From Candidatus Omnitrophota bacterium (GTDB taxonomy: Bacteria; Omnitrophota; Gorgyraeia; Aquiviventales; Aquiviventaceae): a DNA stretch of 64,000 nt. The stretch's first letter is position 1. Every line of letters begins with the position of its first letter. The position numbers and the translations under genes were made by a program. Below the pieces are notes generated by a model. It was not told the DNA's origin, did no database searches, and worked only from the letters and a program-made list of their open reading frames with translations. Location: the NCBI GenBank assembly GCA_016198905.1, contig JACQHR010000002.1, positions 1,418 through 65,417 of the forward strand, in the 5' to 3' direction. Shown piece by piece: positions 26,784 to 39,687 of the stretch.

Positions 26784-29057
26784 ATGAAGATGACGCTTCG
26801 GCTGATGCTGTCGTTCGTGGCCGTCGCCGCGATCACCGTCGTAGTGTGCACGGCGCTTCAAGCGCGAGAAGAGTACGCGCGCCTGGAGCGCGATCTGAAA
26901 CGGCAAGCGCGCATGCTGGGGGACAGTCTTCAGCCGTCCATCGAGCAGCTCATGGCGGCGCAGTCCCCGACCGACCTGCGCGCCTTCGTCCAGCGCATCG
27001 AAGATCAGGAACACATCGCCGGGGTGGCCATCTACGGACGCGACGGGCAACCGTTGGCGATGACCGAGCGCCTGCCCGACGCCTTCCGGACCCTGCCGGC
27101 GCTTGCCCGCGACGCGGTCAGCGCAAATCGCGTGCAGGAGACATTCCGCGTCGATGACCACCGGCGGTGGTATCTTCAGGCCCGTCCGATCCAGCGTGAG
27201 AACGCCGTGGAAGGCGTTTGGCTGCTCGCGTATGACGCCAGCCACGTCACCGCCCAACGAATCACGATGTGGCTGTGGGAGTTTCTGCGCCTGCTGCTGC
27301 AGGTGTTCTTCATTACGAGCGCCGTGCTGCTCATTTTGTGGTGGAGCTTTTCGCGCTCGGTCTCGAAGACCGCGGAGTGGATCAGGCGATTGCGCACGGC
27401 CGAGCCGAGCGATGGGTTCACGCCGCCCACAGAGCGCCTCTTTGCGCCGCTCACCCGTGAGCTCACCCATATGGCGAAGAGCTTGCACGCGGCTCGGTCT
27501 GCCGCCGAGGAAGAGGCGCGGCTGCGCAACGCCGGCGAGTCGCGGTGGACGCCGGAGCGGCTGAAAGAGCACGTGCGGACGACCCTGAAGGGCCGGCCGC
27601 TCATCGTGGTGTCGAACCGAGAGCCCTACATGCACGTGCGGGTGGGGCGCGACGTGCAGTGCGTCGTGCCGGCGGCGGGGTTGGTGACGGCGATGGAATC
27701 GGTCCTGCGCGCGTGCGGCGGCACGTGGATTGCGCACGGGTCAGGGAATGCCGATCGCGAAACCGCCGATGCCGCGGGCAAACTCAAGGTGCCTCCGGAG
27801 TCGCCGCGCTACACGCTCCGGCGCGTGTGGCTGGAGCCCGCCGAGGAGCGAGGCTACTACTACGGATTTGCCAACGAAGGACTCTGGCCGCTCTGCCACA
27901 TCGCGCACACGCGTCCGATTTTCCGCGTCGAGGATTGGATGCACTATGCGCGCGTCAATGCGAAGTTTGCCGACGTGATCGTCGAAGAGCTCGCGCAGAC
28001 GGACCAGCCGTGCGTGCTCATTCAAGACTATCACTTTGCCCTGCTGCCACGGCTCATCAAAGCCAGGCGGCCGGATGCGAAGATCGCGCTCTTCTGGCAC
28101 ATTCCCTGGCCGAACCCTGAAGCCTTCAGCATTTGCCCGTGGGGCAAAGAGCTCCTGCATGGGATGTTGGGGGCCGACCTGTTGGGGTTTCACATCCAGT
28201 TCCACTGCAACAATTTCCTCGATACGGTCGATCGGATGCTCGAGTCGCGCGTCGATTGGGAGCGATTTGCCGTCACCCGCGCGGAACACACCACGTCCGT
28301 CAAACCCTTTCCCATCAGCATCGCCGAGCCTGAGGCCTCGCCTGCGACGGCATCCGGCGCGTCTCAGGCAGTGGCCAAAGCCGAGGTGCTCAAGGCGCTT
28401 AATCTGCAGACGCATTGGCTGGGCGTGGGGGTGGATCGCCTGGATTACACCAAAGGCCTCGTGGAGCGCGTGCTGGCGATCGAACGGTTTCTCGACCGGT
28501 ATCCCTCGTTCCAAGGGCGGTTCACCTACGTCGAGTTGGGGGCACCCAGCCGCACGTCCATCGCGCGCTACCAGGAATTGACCACGGCCTTGGAAGCGCA
28601 CATCGAGCGGATCAATCAGCGCTTTCAGACGCGAACCTGGAAGCCCATCGTCTTCTTGAAAAAGCAGCACAGCCATCAGGAGATCGCGCCGTTCTATCGC
28701 GCGGCGGATGTCTGTGTGGTGACCTCGCTGCACGACGGGATGAACTTGGTAGCCAAGGAATTCGTCGCGGCCCGAGCCGATCAGCGGGGCGTGCTCATCT
28801 TGAGCCAATTCACCGGGGCGTCCCGGGAACTGCACGACGCGCTGATCATCAACCCCTACGACATCGATCAGGTCGCCGAAGCGCTGCACTACGCCTTGAC
28901 GATGGACACGCATGAGCAAAAAACGCGGATGGGGCACATGCGCGCGCACCTGCAGGAGTACAACGTCTATCGCTGGGCGGCGAACCTCGTCACGGAATTG
29001 ACCCGCCTGCGTCCCGACAGCACGACGTCATCGCAGGTCCCGCTGCAGGTCGGATGA
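26784..29057 (+). CDS. otsA: Trehalose-6-phosphate synthase (GT20, OtsA) with a ~260-aa N-terminal two-TM periplasmic sensor-like extension
   Basis: C-terminal GT20 motifs (VVSNREPY..., GFANEGLWPLCHIAH, GADLLGFHIQFH, LHDGMNLVAKEF). The N-terminus has TM1 LMLSFVAVAAITVVVCTAL and TM2 WLWEFLRLLLQVFFITSAVLLILWW flanking a ~150-aa loop. RBS GGAGG. Confidence 0.85.
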   Translation: MKMTLRLMLSFVAVAAITVVVCTALQAREEYARLERDLKRQARMLGDSLQPSIEQLMAAQSPTDLRAFVQRIEDQEHIAGVAIYGRDGQPLAMTERLPDAFRTLPALARDAVSANRVQETFRVDDHRRWYLQARPIQRENAVEGVWLLAYDASHVTAQRITMWLWEFLRLLLQVFFITSAVLLILWWSFSRSVSKTAEWIRRLRTAEPSDGFTPPTERLFAPLTRELTHMAKSLHAARSAAEEEARLRNAGESRWTPERLKEHVRTTLKGRPLIVVSNREPYMHVRVGRDVQCVVPAAGLVTAMESVLRACGGTWIAHGSGNADRETADAAGKLKVPPESPRYTLRRVWLEPAEERGYYYGFANEGLWPLCHIAHTRPIFRVEDWMHYARVNAKFADVIVEELAQTDQPCVLIQDYHFALLPRLIKARRPDAKIALFWHIPWPNPEAFSICPWGKELLHGMLGADLLGFHIQFHCNNFLDTVDRMLESRVDWERFAVTRAEHTTSVKPFPISIAEPEASPATASGASQAVAKAEVLKALNLQTHWLGVGVDRLDYTKGLVERVLAIERFLDRYPSFQGRFTYVELGAPSRTSIARYQELTTALEAHIERINQRFQTRTWKPIVFLKKQHSHQEIAPFYRAADVCVVTSLHDGMNLVAKEFVAARADQRGVLILSQFTGASRELHDALIINPYDIDQVAEALHYALTMDTHEQKTRMGHMRAHLQEYNVYRWAANLVTELTRLRPDSTTSSQVPLQVG

Positions 29058-29866
29058 TTCCCCTTGCGGACGACTGGCCCACGCTCCGTGACCGGATCCG
29101 TGCCGCCCCGTCCGTGGCGTTGTTTCTCGATTATGACGGCACGCTGGCGCCCATCGCGTCCCACCCGTCACGGGCGGTCTTGCCGGCGAAGACCAAACAT
29201 CTGCTCGCGCAGGTGGCGCAACAACCGCAGCTCCGCGTGGTGATCATCAGCGGCAGGGCCCTGTCGGACGTGAAGCGGATGGTCGGCGTTGACGGGATCA
29301 GTTACGTGGGCAATCACGGGCTGGAACTGGAGGAACCTCCCCTCCGGTACGTCCATGCGATGGCGCGCGCCAACCGCCCGGTGCTCAGGCGAGCCATCCG
29401 AGACCTACGGGTCGTGCAGCGCCAGGTTCCAGGCGCCTGGGTAGAGGATAAGCAATGGACCTTGAGCCTTCATTGGCGCGGTGTGCCCGAATCGGACCGC
29501 GGACGCGTGCAACGCCTTGCGGCCCGCGTCATGGCGCCGTATCGTCGGCAGGAGCAGGTGCGGCTCACGCCCGGCAAGCGTGTCCTCGAGGTGCGCCCGC
29601 CCATCCGGTGGGGCAAGGGCGAGATGGTCCGATGGCTCTATCAGCGCATGCGCGCCACCACGCACGCGACACCGCCGCTGCTCATCTATCTCGGGGATGA
29701 TGAGACGGATGAAGAAGCTTTTCGGACCGTGAACGCCTATAACGGAGTGTCCATCGTGGTCGGATCGGCGCCGTACACGAGCGCCGGACGTTGGTGGCTT
29801 CGCCGCCCCTCCGACGTCCACCGATTTCTGACACGCCTGCTGCGCGCGCGATGTCAGAAGCCCTGA
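29054..29866 (+). CDS. otsB: Trehalose-6-phosphate phosphatase (HAD family, OtsB)
   Basis: HAD motif I (FLDYDGTL) with the OtsB-type arrangement. The start overlaps the otsA stop (ATGA). Confidence 0.85.
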   Translation: MIPLADDWPTLRDRIRAAPSVALFLDYDGTLAPIASHPSRAVLPAKTKHLLAQVAQQPQLRVVIISGRALSDVKRMVGVDGISYVGNHGLELEEPPLRYVHAMARANRPVLRRAIRDLRVVQRQVPGAWVEDKQWTLSLHWRGVPESDRGRVQRLAARVMAPYRRQEQVRLTPGKRVLEVRPPIRWGKGEMVRWLYQRMRATTHATPPLLIYLGDDETDEEAFRTVNAYNGVSIVVGSAPYTSAGRWWLRRPSDVHRFLTRLLRARCQKP

Positions 29867-30576
29867 ACGCCCACACGGCATCACCTTTGGCGGTCGCCGT
29901 CGAGCCCTTTCGGTTCAAGACCAGCCTGATCCTGCAGGAAGCCACCGGCCTACGGGCCTCGACGCTGGCACAACTCTCGACGCTCCTGCGCGAGGTCCCC
30001 GAATCGTGCATTTACCACCATACCCACTACTTCCTGCTGCAACATCACTATCTCACGCCGGAGCCGAGCCACGATATCGCCTATTGGGTCAGTGAGGTGC
30101 TGGGCGAACAGCCCTTAGGGGAACTGCTCGCCGGCATCGATACCGTGGGGTATGCGGACTTGAAGACGTTGCGGGAGGCGCTCGTGACGACGATCGACGA
30201 CTATCGGCAGCGCACCCCCACCGCAGGCTTGCGGTTCGTCTCGGAGGGCAGCGAGTTCTTTTTTCTCAAGTCCATCCGCATCATCATGCCGACCCCCTAT
30301 GTCGCAACGACGCTCAAGGAATTCGCCCGCGCCCTCGAACACGTCAGCATCCGTTCGCTCTACTTCCACATCTTTGACGCCCGCTTGCGTCTTGGCCGCC
30401 CCGCGAACGATTTTTCCGTCTGGCTCGGCGAACAGCTCGGCTTGAAGGAGTTGGCCCAGCGCGTCGTCACGCCGGACCCTTACGCCTACACGCTGGAAGC
30501 GCTGCGCTCGACTCTCCTCTCGATGCTGCAGCATGAGCTGAAGACGGCGGATGAGGCGCATGCCGACCCTCGCTGA
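29851..30576 (+). CDS. DUF5752-like protein typical of glycosyltransferase/compatible-solute clusters
   Basis: Overlaps the otsB end and the downstream GT4 start. Family assignment is from memory (low certainty). Motifs: HHTHYFLLQHHY and YFHIFDARLRLG. Confidence 0.5.
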   Translation: MSEALNAHTASPLAVAVEPFRFKTSLILQEATGLRASTLAQLSTLLREVPESCIYHHTHYFLLQHHYLTPEPSHDIAYWVSEVLGEQPLGELLAGIDTVGYADLKTLREALVTTIDDYRQRTPTAGLRFVSEGSEFFFLKSIRIIMPTPYVATTLKEFARALEHVSIRSLYFHIFDARLRLGRPANDFSVWLGEQLGLKELAQRVVTPDPYAYTLEALRSTLLSMLQHELKTADEAHADPR

Positions 30577-31795
30577 TTACGAACCCATCATCGGCGGCAG
30601 CGCCATTGACGAGCTGCGCGAGGTGGCCGCGCGCCTGATGGATCGCCACATCGTCATGGTGAATTCCACGCGCTCCGGAGGCGGGGTGGCCGAAATTCTC
30701 GCGCGCATGATGCCGCTGCTGAAGGAGCTGGGGCTGCGCGCGCGGTGGGAAGTGATCGAGGGCACCGAGGCGTTCTACCGCGTCACGAAGAAGTTTCACA
30801 ACGCGCTGCACGGGCGGCCGGAGGCCATCACCGAGGAGATGTTCCGGCTCTTCGCGGCCACCGGCGAGCAAAACGCGGCGCGGCTTGACCTGCAGGGGGA
30901 TCTGATCGTCATCCATGATCCGCAGCCGATCCCCTTGGTTGAGACGCGCGCCGCGCATCCGTCGGCGAAGTGGATCTGGCGCTGCCATATCGACGTGTCG
31001 AATCCGCAACCCGACGTCTGGAACTTTCTTAAGCCGTTCATTCTGAAGTTTGACGCGGCGGTCTACTCCGCCGCCCCCTTTGTGCAGCGCATGGCGATGC
31101 GGCAACTGCTCATCGCGCCCTCCATTGACCCGCTGAGCGAGAAAAACCGCGAGCTCTCTCCGGAAGAGATCGCCGTCGTGCTGGGCAAGCTCGGCGTCCC
31201 CCAGGATGAGCCGATCGTGACGCAGGTCTCCCGGTTCGATTACCTGAAGGATCCGCTCGGGGTCATTACAGCGTTTCGCCGCGTGCGGCGGTCGGTCAAA
31301 TGCCGGCTCGTCCTCGCGGGAGGACCGGCGACCGATGATCCGGAATCCGACGAAGTCTTGCATCGTGCGCAAGAGGAAGCGCATGGCGATCCGGAGATCC
31401 ACTTGCTGATGCTTCCGCCCAACAGCGATGTGGAAATCAATGCGCTGCAACGTGCCTCAGCCGTCGTGGTCCAGAAATCGATCCGAGAAGGATTCGGGCT
31501 TACCGTCGCGGAAGCGTTATGGAAGGGTCGGCCGGTGGCGGCCTCCGCCGTGGGGGGGATTCCGCTCCAGGTCAAGCATCGCTACAGCGGACTGTTGGTC
31601 CACAGCATCGAAGGCACGGTCCAGGCGGTCAAGCAGTTGTTGAACAATCCGGACTACGCGCGGCGGTTGGGAGAAAACGGTCGCGAGCATGTCCGGCAGA
31701 ATTTTTTGCTGACGCGCCATCTGCAAGACTACTTGCTGCTGTTTCTCCTCGCCGGCTCCTCCGAGGACGTCGTGTCTCTGGCGTCCCGTCCGTAA
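30551..31795 (+). CDS. GT4 glycosyltransferase, TreT-like (trehalose glycosyltransferring synthase family)
   Basis: N-terminal VMVNSTRSGGGVAEIL...W.VIEG...FY.VTKKFHNALHG is characteristic of TreT-like GT4. C-terminal E-x7-E region (EGFGLTVAEALWKGRPVAA). Confidence 0.7.
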   Translation: MRRMPTLADYEPIIGGSAIDELREVAARLMDRHIVMVNSTRSGGGVAEILARMMPLLKELGLRARWEVIEGTEAFYRVTKKFHNALHGRPEAITEEMFRLFAATGEQNAARLDLQGDLIVIHDPQPIPLVETRAAHPSAKWIWRCHIDVSNPQPDVWNFLKPFILKFDAAVYSAAPFVQRMAMRQLLIAPSIDPLSEKNRELSPEEIAVVLGKLGVPQDEPIVTQVSRFDYLKDPLGVITAFRRVRRSVKCRLVLAGGPATDDPESDEVLHRAQEEAHGDPEIHLLMLPPNSDVEINALQRASAVVVQKSIREGFGLTVAEALWKGRPVAASAVGGIPLQVKHRYSGLLVHSIEGTVQAVKQLLNNPDYARRLGENGREHVRQNFLLTRHLQDYLLLFLLAGSSEDVVSLASRP

Positions 31796-31934
31796 ATTCG
31801 CGCTCAGACACACCCCCACCGGAGTGCGCGCCTCTTTCGACGGATTCCCAGGTTGTCATCTCTCGCCAGCCTGTGTACGATGATGGGGCTTCGTCGTGAC
31901 GGGGGAATCCTCTCCCAGCGACGAGGCCCATCTC

Positions 31935-35639
<3,705 letters not shown>

Positions 35640-35659
35640 CACCGGCGCACAGCATCCAC

Positions 35660-37018
35660 ATGACCAACCGTACACGCATATGGCGCGATACGATTCCCAG
35701 CATCCCCGCGCGGCCGGTGACCCTCCGCGTGACGGCGGTCGCCGAACGTGTATTGCGGCAGGGTCACCCGTGGGTCTACGCCGCCTCGATTCTCCGGCAG
35801 CGGCACGAGGGGCCCCCGGGCGCCTTCGCCGTGATCTATGATCAACGGCAACGGTTTCTCGCCGTCGGACTCTATGACCCTGACTCGCCGATTCGCGTGC
35901 GCGTCCTGCAGCGCTACACGCCCACCCCCATCACGCGGGTATGGTTCGAGCAGCGACTCGCGGCTGCAGTCGATGCGCGCAAAACGCTCGCACGGGATCC
36001 ACAGACGACGGCGTATCGACTCGTGCATGGAGAAAACGACGGGCTGCCCGGCCTGGTGATTGACCGCTACGCGGACACCGCTGTCATCAAACTCTACACA
36101 GCCGCGTGGGTTCCACATATACCTGACGTCCTTGAGGCGTTTCGACGCGTGGTGCCGATGTCGCGCATGGTGTTGCGCTTGAGTCGGGCGATCCAGCAGC
36201 GTCCAGCGGTGCTGCATGGCCTGACCGATGGCCTGGTGTTGGACGGCCCCCCATTGCGCGCGCCGATCATGATCCAAGAATACGGGCTGCGGTTCGAAGT
36301 CGATCCCATTCATGGACAGAAGACGGGATGGTTCCTCGATCAACGGGAGAATCGCGCGATGGTCTCCCAGCTTAGCGGTGGGTGCTCCGTGCTCGATGTG
36401 TGCGCCTACACAGGAGGGTTTTCGGTGGCCGCGGCGCGCGGAGGCGCACGCGCCGTCACCAGCGTCGATATCAGCCGCCAAGCCCTCGACGCCGCGCAAC
36501 GCAACATGGCGCTGAATCGGCGCATCCGCGCGGTGGCCGCCGCGCGACACGAGGTCCTCGTCGGGGATGCCGTGGACGTCCTTGAGCGGCTGAAACGTCG
36601 GGGGACCCGGTTCGACCTCGTCGTGATCGATCCGCCCTCGTTTGCGAAAAGCGAACGAGAGGTGCGCGGAGCGCTGGCCGCGTACGCGCGTCTGACGCGC
36701 GCGGGTCTGAGCGTCTTAGCGACTTCGGGCACGCTGGTCGTCTCGTCCTGCTCCAGCCACGTGAAAGCCGACGAGTTTTTCTCGGCCGTCCATCATACGG
36801 CGGCGCGCGCCGGATGGGTCTTGCGGGAAGTGGCTCGCACCGGGCATCCGCTCGACCACCCCATTCGTTTTTCAGAAGGCGCGTATCTGAAATGCCTCGT
36901 TGCCGTCGCGCAACGACGGCCTCGGCGGACGCCGCATGTGCGCGAGCAGACCAACTCGGTGGCTCGACCCGCTCGCGTCAGGGTCTCCAGTTCCCGCAGC
37001 GGCCAAGACGCGCGATGA
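35660..37018 (+). CDS. RlmI/RlmK-like class I SAM-dependent rRNA methyltransferase (PUA-like N-terminus plus MTase) with a C-terminal extension
   Basis: GENDGLPGLVIDRYAD..., LDVCAYTGGFSVAAA (motif I) and DLVVIDPPSFAK (motif IV). ~50 extra Arg-rich residues at the C-terminus. Confidence 0.7.
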   Translation: MTNRTRIWRDTIPSIPARPVTLRVTAVAERVLRQGHPWVYAASILRQRHEGPPGAFAVIYDQRQRFLAVGLYDPDSPIRVRVLQRYTPTPITRVWFEQRLAAAVDARKTLARDPQTTAYRLVHGENDGLPGLVIDRYADTAVIKLYTAAWVPHIPDVLEAFRRVVPMSRMVLRLSRAIQQRPAVLHGLTDGLVLDGPPLRAPIMIQEYGLRFEVDPIHGQKTGWFLDQRENRAMVSQLSGGCSVLDVCAYTGGFSVAAARGGARAVTSVDISRQALDAAQRNMALNRRIRAVAAARHEVLVGDAVDVLERLKRRGTRFDLVVIDPPSFAKSEREVRGALAAYARLTRAGLSVLATSGTLVVSSCSSHVKADEFFSAVHHTAARAGWVLREVARTGHPLDHPIRFSEGAYLKCLVAVAQRRPRRTPHVREQTNSVARPARVRVSSSRSGQDAR

Positions 37019-37377
37019 TCGTCCTCGAGATCGAAGCCAACCCGAATTGCGACGCGGTGGACATGCGCGTCTTTCATGAGCTGGAGCCGCCGCGGCCCGT
37101 GACGCACGTGCGCTTGGAGCTGGAAGGGCGCAGCAGCCAATGGTATGCCGTGGTCGGCTGGGGCCTCGATGGCCACGCGCAGCCGGCGATGGCGCAGCGG
37201 GTCGACGATTCAGGCGATGGCGTGGCGATCTTGATCCAGGGGAAAGAGGCAGGACTGCGCCTGCGTCCGCTCGAAAGTCAAGAGGCCTGGCAGGTGCCGC
37301 ATCCGCAGCAGTGGGGCGCGCCCTTCCTCTTAATCGGGGATCAGGCGGATCTTCGCTACGCGGTCGTCCCCGCGTGA
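37015..37377 (+). CDS. Hypothetical protein, overlapping the rlmI-like stop by ATGA
   Basis: Translationally coupled ORF with no recognised motif. Confidence 0.4.
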   Translation: MIVLEIEANPNCDAVDMRVFHELEPPRPVTHVRLELEGRSSQWYAVVGWGLDGHAQPAMAQRVDDSGDGVAILIQGKEAGLRLRPLESQEAWQVPHPQQWGAPFLLIGDQADLRYAVVPA

Positions 37378-37408
37378 TGGCAGGCACCGCCGCAGGGGCG
37401 CTTCCCGC

Positions 37409-38179
37409 ATGAGCGGACGCGCGCCGGGGCACTGCGTGCGCGTGTGCCACGATCTCGACGCGCTGAGCCGGGCAGCGGCCGAGCGCATCACGCAGGCGAT
37501 CCGCGACCAGGTGCGGACGCGGCGCAGATGCCGCATCGCCCTCGCCGGAGGCTCGACGCCGAAACGGTTGTACGAGCTCCTCGCGCACGAGCCGTATCGC
37601 AGCCGCATTCCATGGAAGTGCCTGCAGATTTTCTGGACGGACGAACGGTGCGTGCCTCGGGGGCATCCGTCGAGCAACGGTCGTCTGGTCGAGGACGCGC
37701 TCTTGGCGCACGTGCCGGTCCTACGCACGCGCATCCATCGGATTCCTGTCGAGCGCAACGACCCGGCGAGCGCGGCGCGACGCTACGAGCAGACTGTGCG
37801 GCGGGTATTTCGCCTGCGACGGGGCGGCTGGCCGGTGTTCGATCTCGTGCTCTTGGGACTGGGGGCGGACGGCCACACGGCCTCGCTGTTTCCAAGATCA
37901 CCGGCGCTTGCTGAAACGAAGCGCCTCGCCGTGGCCACGCGCGGTCCTCTGCCGCATCGTTCGCGGATCACCCTGACGATCCCGGTGCTGAGGCGCGCCA
38001 ACGAGGTGCTCTGGGTAGTCGCCGGCGCACGGAAAGCGGGCATCGTGCAGGCGATGCTGGCACACCGCCCGCGGGCACGCCGGCTCCCTGCAGGCTTGGT
38101 GCTCGCCCAGTCCAAGACAAGCCTGTGGCTGATCGATCGCGCCGCCGCCAGCCGTCTTCCTCGCCGCGTTACGTTCTGA
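37409..38179 (+). CDS. pgl: 6-phosphogluconolactonase
   Basis: IALAGGSTP...W.DER.V, GLGADGHTASLFP. Confidence 0.85.
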   Translation: MSGRAPGHCVRVCHDLDALSRAAAERITQAIRDQVRTRRRCRIALAGGSTPKRLYELLAHEPYRSRIPWKCLQIFWTDERCVPRGHPSSNGRLVEDALLAHVPVLRTRIHRIPVERNDPASAARRYEQTVRRVFRLRRGGWPVFDLVLLGLGADGHTASLFPRSPALAETKRLAVATRGPLPHRSRITLTIPVLRRANEVLWVVAGARKAGIVQAMLAHRPRARRLPAGLVLAQSKTSLWLIDRAAASRLPRRVTF

Positions 38180-38189
38180 CGCCCATGTT

Positions 38190-38478
38190 TAGAACCGGTT
38201 GCATAAATCCCCGCGGCCGCGCTGGGCCGAGGCGCGAGGCCCGCAAGGCGCGAGGAGCGTGGCGTACGTGCAGCCGAGTACGCAAGCGACGAGCAACGCG
38301 GCGGGCCGACGCGGATCGGCCCAGCCCATTGACCGCCCAGAGGTTGCGGCGGCCGGGCTCGTGGCCGTCGTTGCTCCTCCTCGACGTCCTCCAGAGAGGA
38401 CGCCATCGTCGTCGCGCCTTGGCCACGGCACCCGGGCGCACGCAACGCGGCTCGCGCGGATTTATGCAACCGGTTCTA
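38190..38478. mobile_element. MITE-like element copy 1 (~289 bp), with 21-bp TIRs and flanking TA
   Basis: TIRs TAGAACCGGTTGCATAAATCC (38190-38210) and GGATTTATGCAACCGGTTCTA (38458-38478). The core is homologous to 23323-23571 in inverted orientation. No transposase ORF. Confidence 0.6.
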
Positions 38479-38492
38479 GTATAATGCCAGGC

Positions 38493-38900
38493 ATGCGATG
38501 GCACGGCGCGTCCCACTATGTGCCGGCACGGGCTCGACTGGCTGCAGGGGCCATGCTCTGTCTGGTTGCGCTGGCCGGCTGCGAAGCGACCCAGTCTCGA
38601 GCGGTGCAGGGTGCCACGATTGGCTCGGCGGTCGGCGCGGCCACGGGCGCGGTGGTCGGCCACCGGTATGGGGAAACCGGCGTCGGCACGAGTGTTGGCG
38701 CGGGATTGGGTGGCGTGGCCGGCGGCCTTACCGGCGCGGCGATCGACGCCCGCCAGAAGTCGCAGCCGGCGACTCCCGCCGAGGCCTCGGCGCAAAAATT
38801 CTGCCCCATTGGCGGCGAGTGGTATCCGGAGGCGATGAAGTACTGCCCGCTGCACGGCGTCGAACTGCGCAAGCGGACCGCTGAGCCGGCGACACCCTAG
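38493..38900 (+). CDS. Glycine-zipper lipoprotein with a C-terminal CPxGG...YCPxHG motif (paralog of 24355..24720)
   Basis: Lipobox LALAGC, glycine-zipper stretch (GATIGSAVGAATGAVVG...GAGLGGVAGGLTG), then KFCPIGGEWYPEAMKYCPLHGVEL. The start ATG follows a TATAAT formed at the MITE junction. Confidence 0.6.
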   Translation: MRWHGASHYVPARARLAAGAMLCLVALAGCEATQSRAVQGATIGSAVGAATGAVVGHRYGETGVGTSVGAGLGGVAGGLTGAAIDARQKSQPATPAEASAQKFCPIGGEWYPEAMKYCPLHGVELRKRTAEPATP

Positions 38901-39164
38901 CCCATCGTGAGTTACGCGCACAAGGAGCCTCGCTAGCCCGAAGATGCGGCATGCCGCACAAGAGGCGTCACCATAGCCACAGCGAGTATTCGCCTGACCG
39001 CACACCGCGCCCGGCTGACGATCGTAGCGGCCGTCATACTGGTCGGCGCGGTCTTGGTCGTCGCGGTACGCCAGCGCGTCTCGCGCACGTCAGCCGAGTC
39101 CTCTTCAACGAGCGCGTTGCCGCGGGTCCCGATTTTTGATGCCGCACGTGGAGCGATCGTGTTG

Positions 39165-39575
39165 ATGGAACGTATTCAGAAAACGGACGAAGAGTGGAAA
39201 CGGCAGCTCACGCCGGAACAATACGCTATCACGCGACAGAAGGGCACGGAGCGGGCGTTTACCGGCACGTACCACGACTCCCACGAGCCCGGCCTCTATC
39301 GCTGCGTCTGCTGCGGCACGGCCCTGTACAGCTCGCAGACCAAGTTTGATTCACGCACGGGCTGGCCCAGCTTCTGGGCGCCGGTCGATCCGCACAATGT
39401 CCGGACCGCCAGCGACGCCAGTTTTTTCATGCGGCGCACCGAAGTGCTCTGCGCTCGATGCGGCGCGCACCTGGGGCACGTCTTCGATGACGGCCCGCCG
39501 CCGACCGGCAAGCGCCACTGCATCAACTCCGCGGCCCTGTCGTTTGAGCCGGCGCAGTCGCCATCGTCCCCATGA
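39165..39575 (+). CDS. msrB: Peptide-methionine (R)-S-oxide reductase
   Basis: Two zinc CxxC pairs (CVCCGTALY; [12 protein letters not shown]) and the catalytic region RTEVLCARC. Confidence 0.9.
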   Translation: MERIQKTDEEWKRQLTPEQYAITRQKGTERAFTGTYHDSHEPGLYRCVCCGTALYSSQTKFDSRTGWPSFWAPVDPHNVRTASDASFFMRRTEVLCARCGAHLGHVFDDGPPPTGKRHCINSAALSFEPAQSPSSP

Positions 39576-39687
39576 GATCATGGCTGTAGATCGCGATGGT
39601 TCGCGTGCGTCAGGGGGCGGAATCCTGAGCGACCCCACACGCTTTGCTTCGCACAATGAAGCAAGGGAGGTTTGGGGATGGGCTCTA

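Noticed and set aside
27741-28949. 402-aa minus-strand ORF antisense to otsA
   Set aside because: The plus strand carries unmistakable GT20 motifs.
30467-31450. 327-aa minus-strand ORF antisense to the DUF5752 and GT4 genes
   Set aside because: Antisense artefact. The plus-strand genes are translationally coupled and motif-bearing.
38484-38486. Alternative start ATG (MPGMRW...) for the 38493 lipoprotein gene
   Set aside because: This ATG overlaps the junction TATAAT itself. The downstream ATG at 38493 is more compatible with a promoter-proximal (leaderless) start. Both are in frame and it is unresolved.
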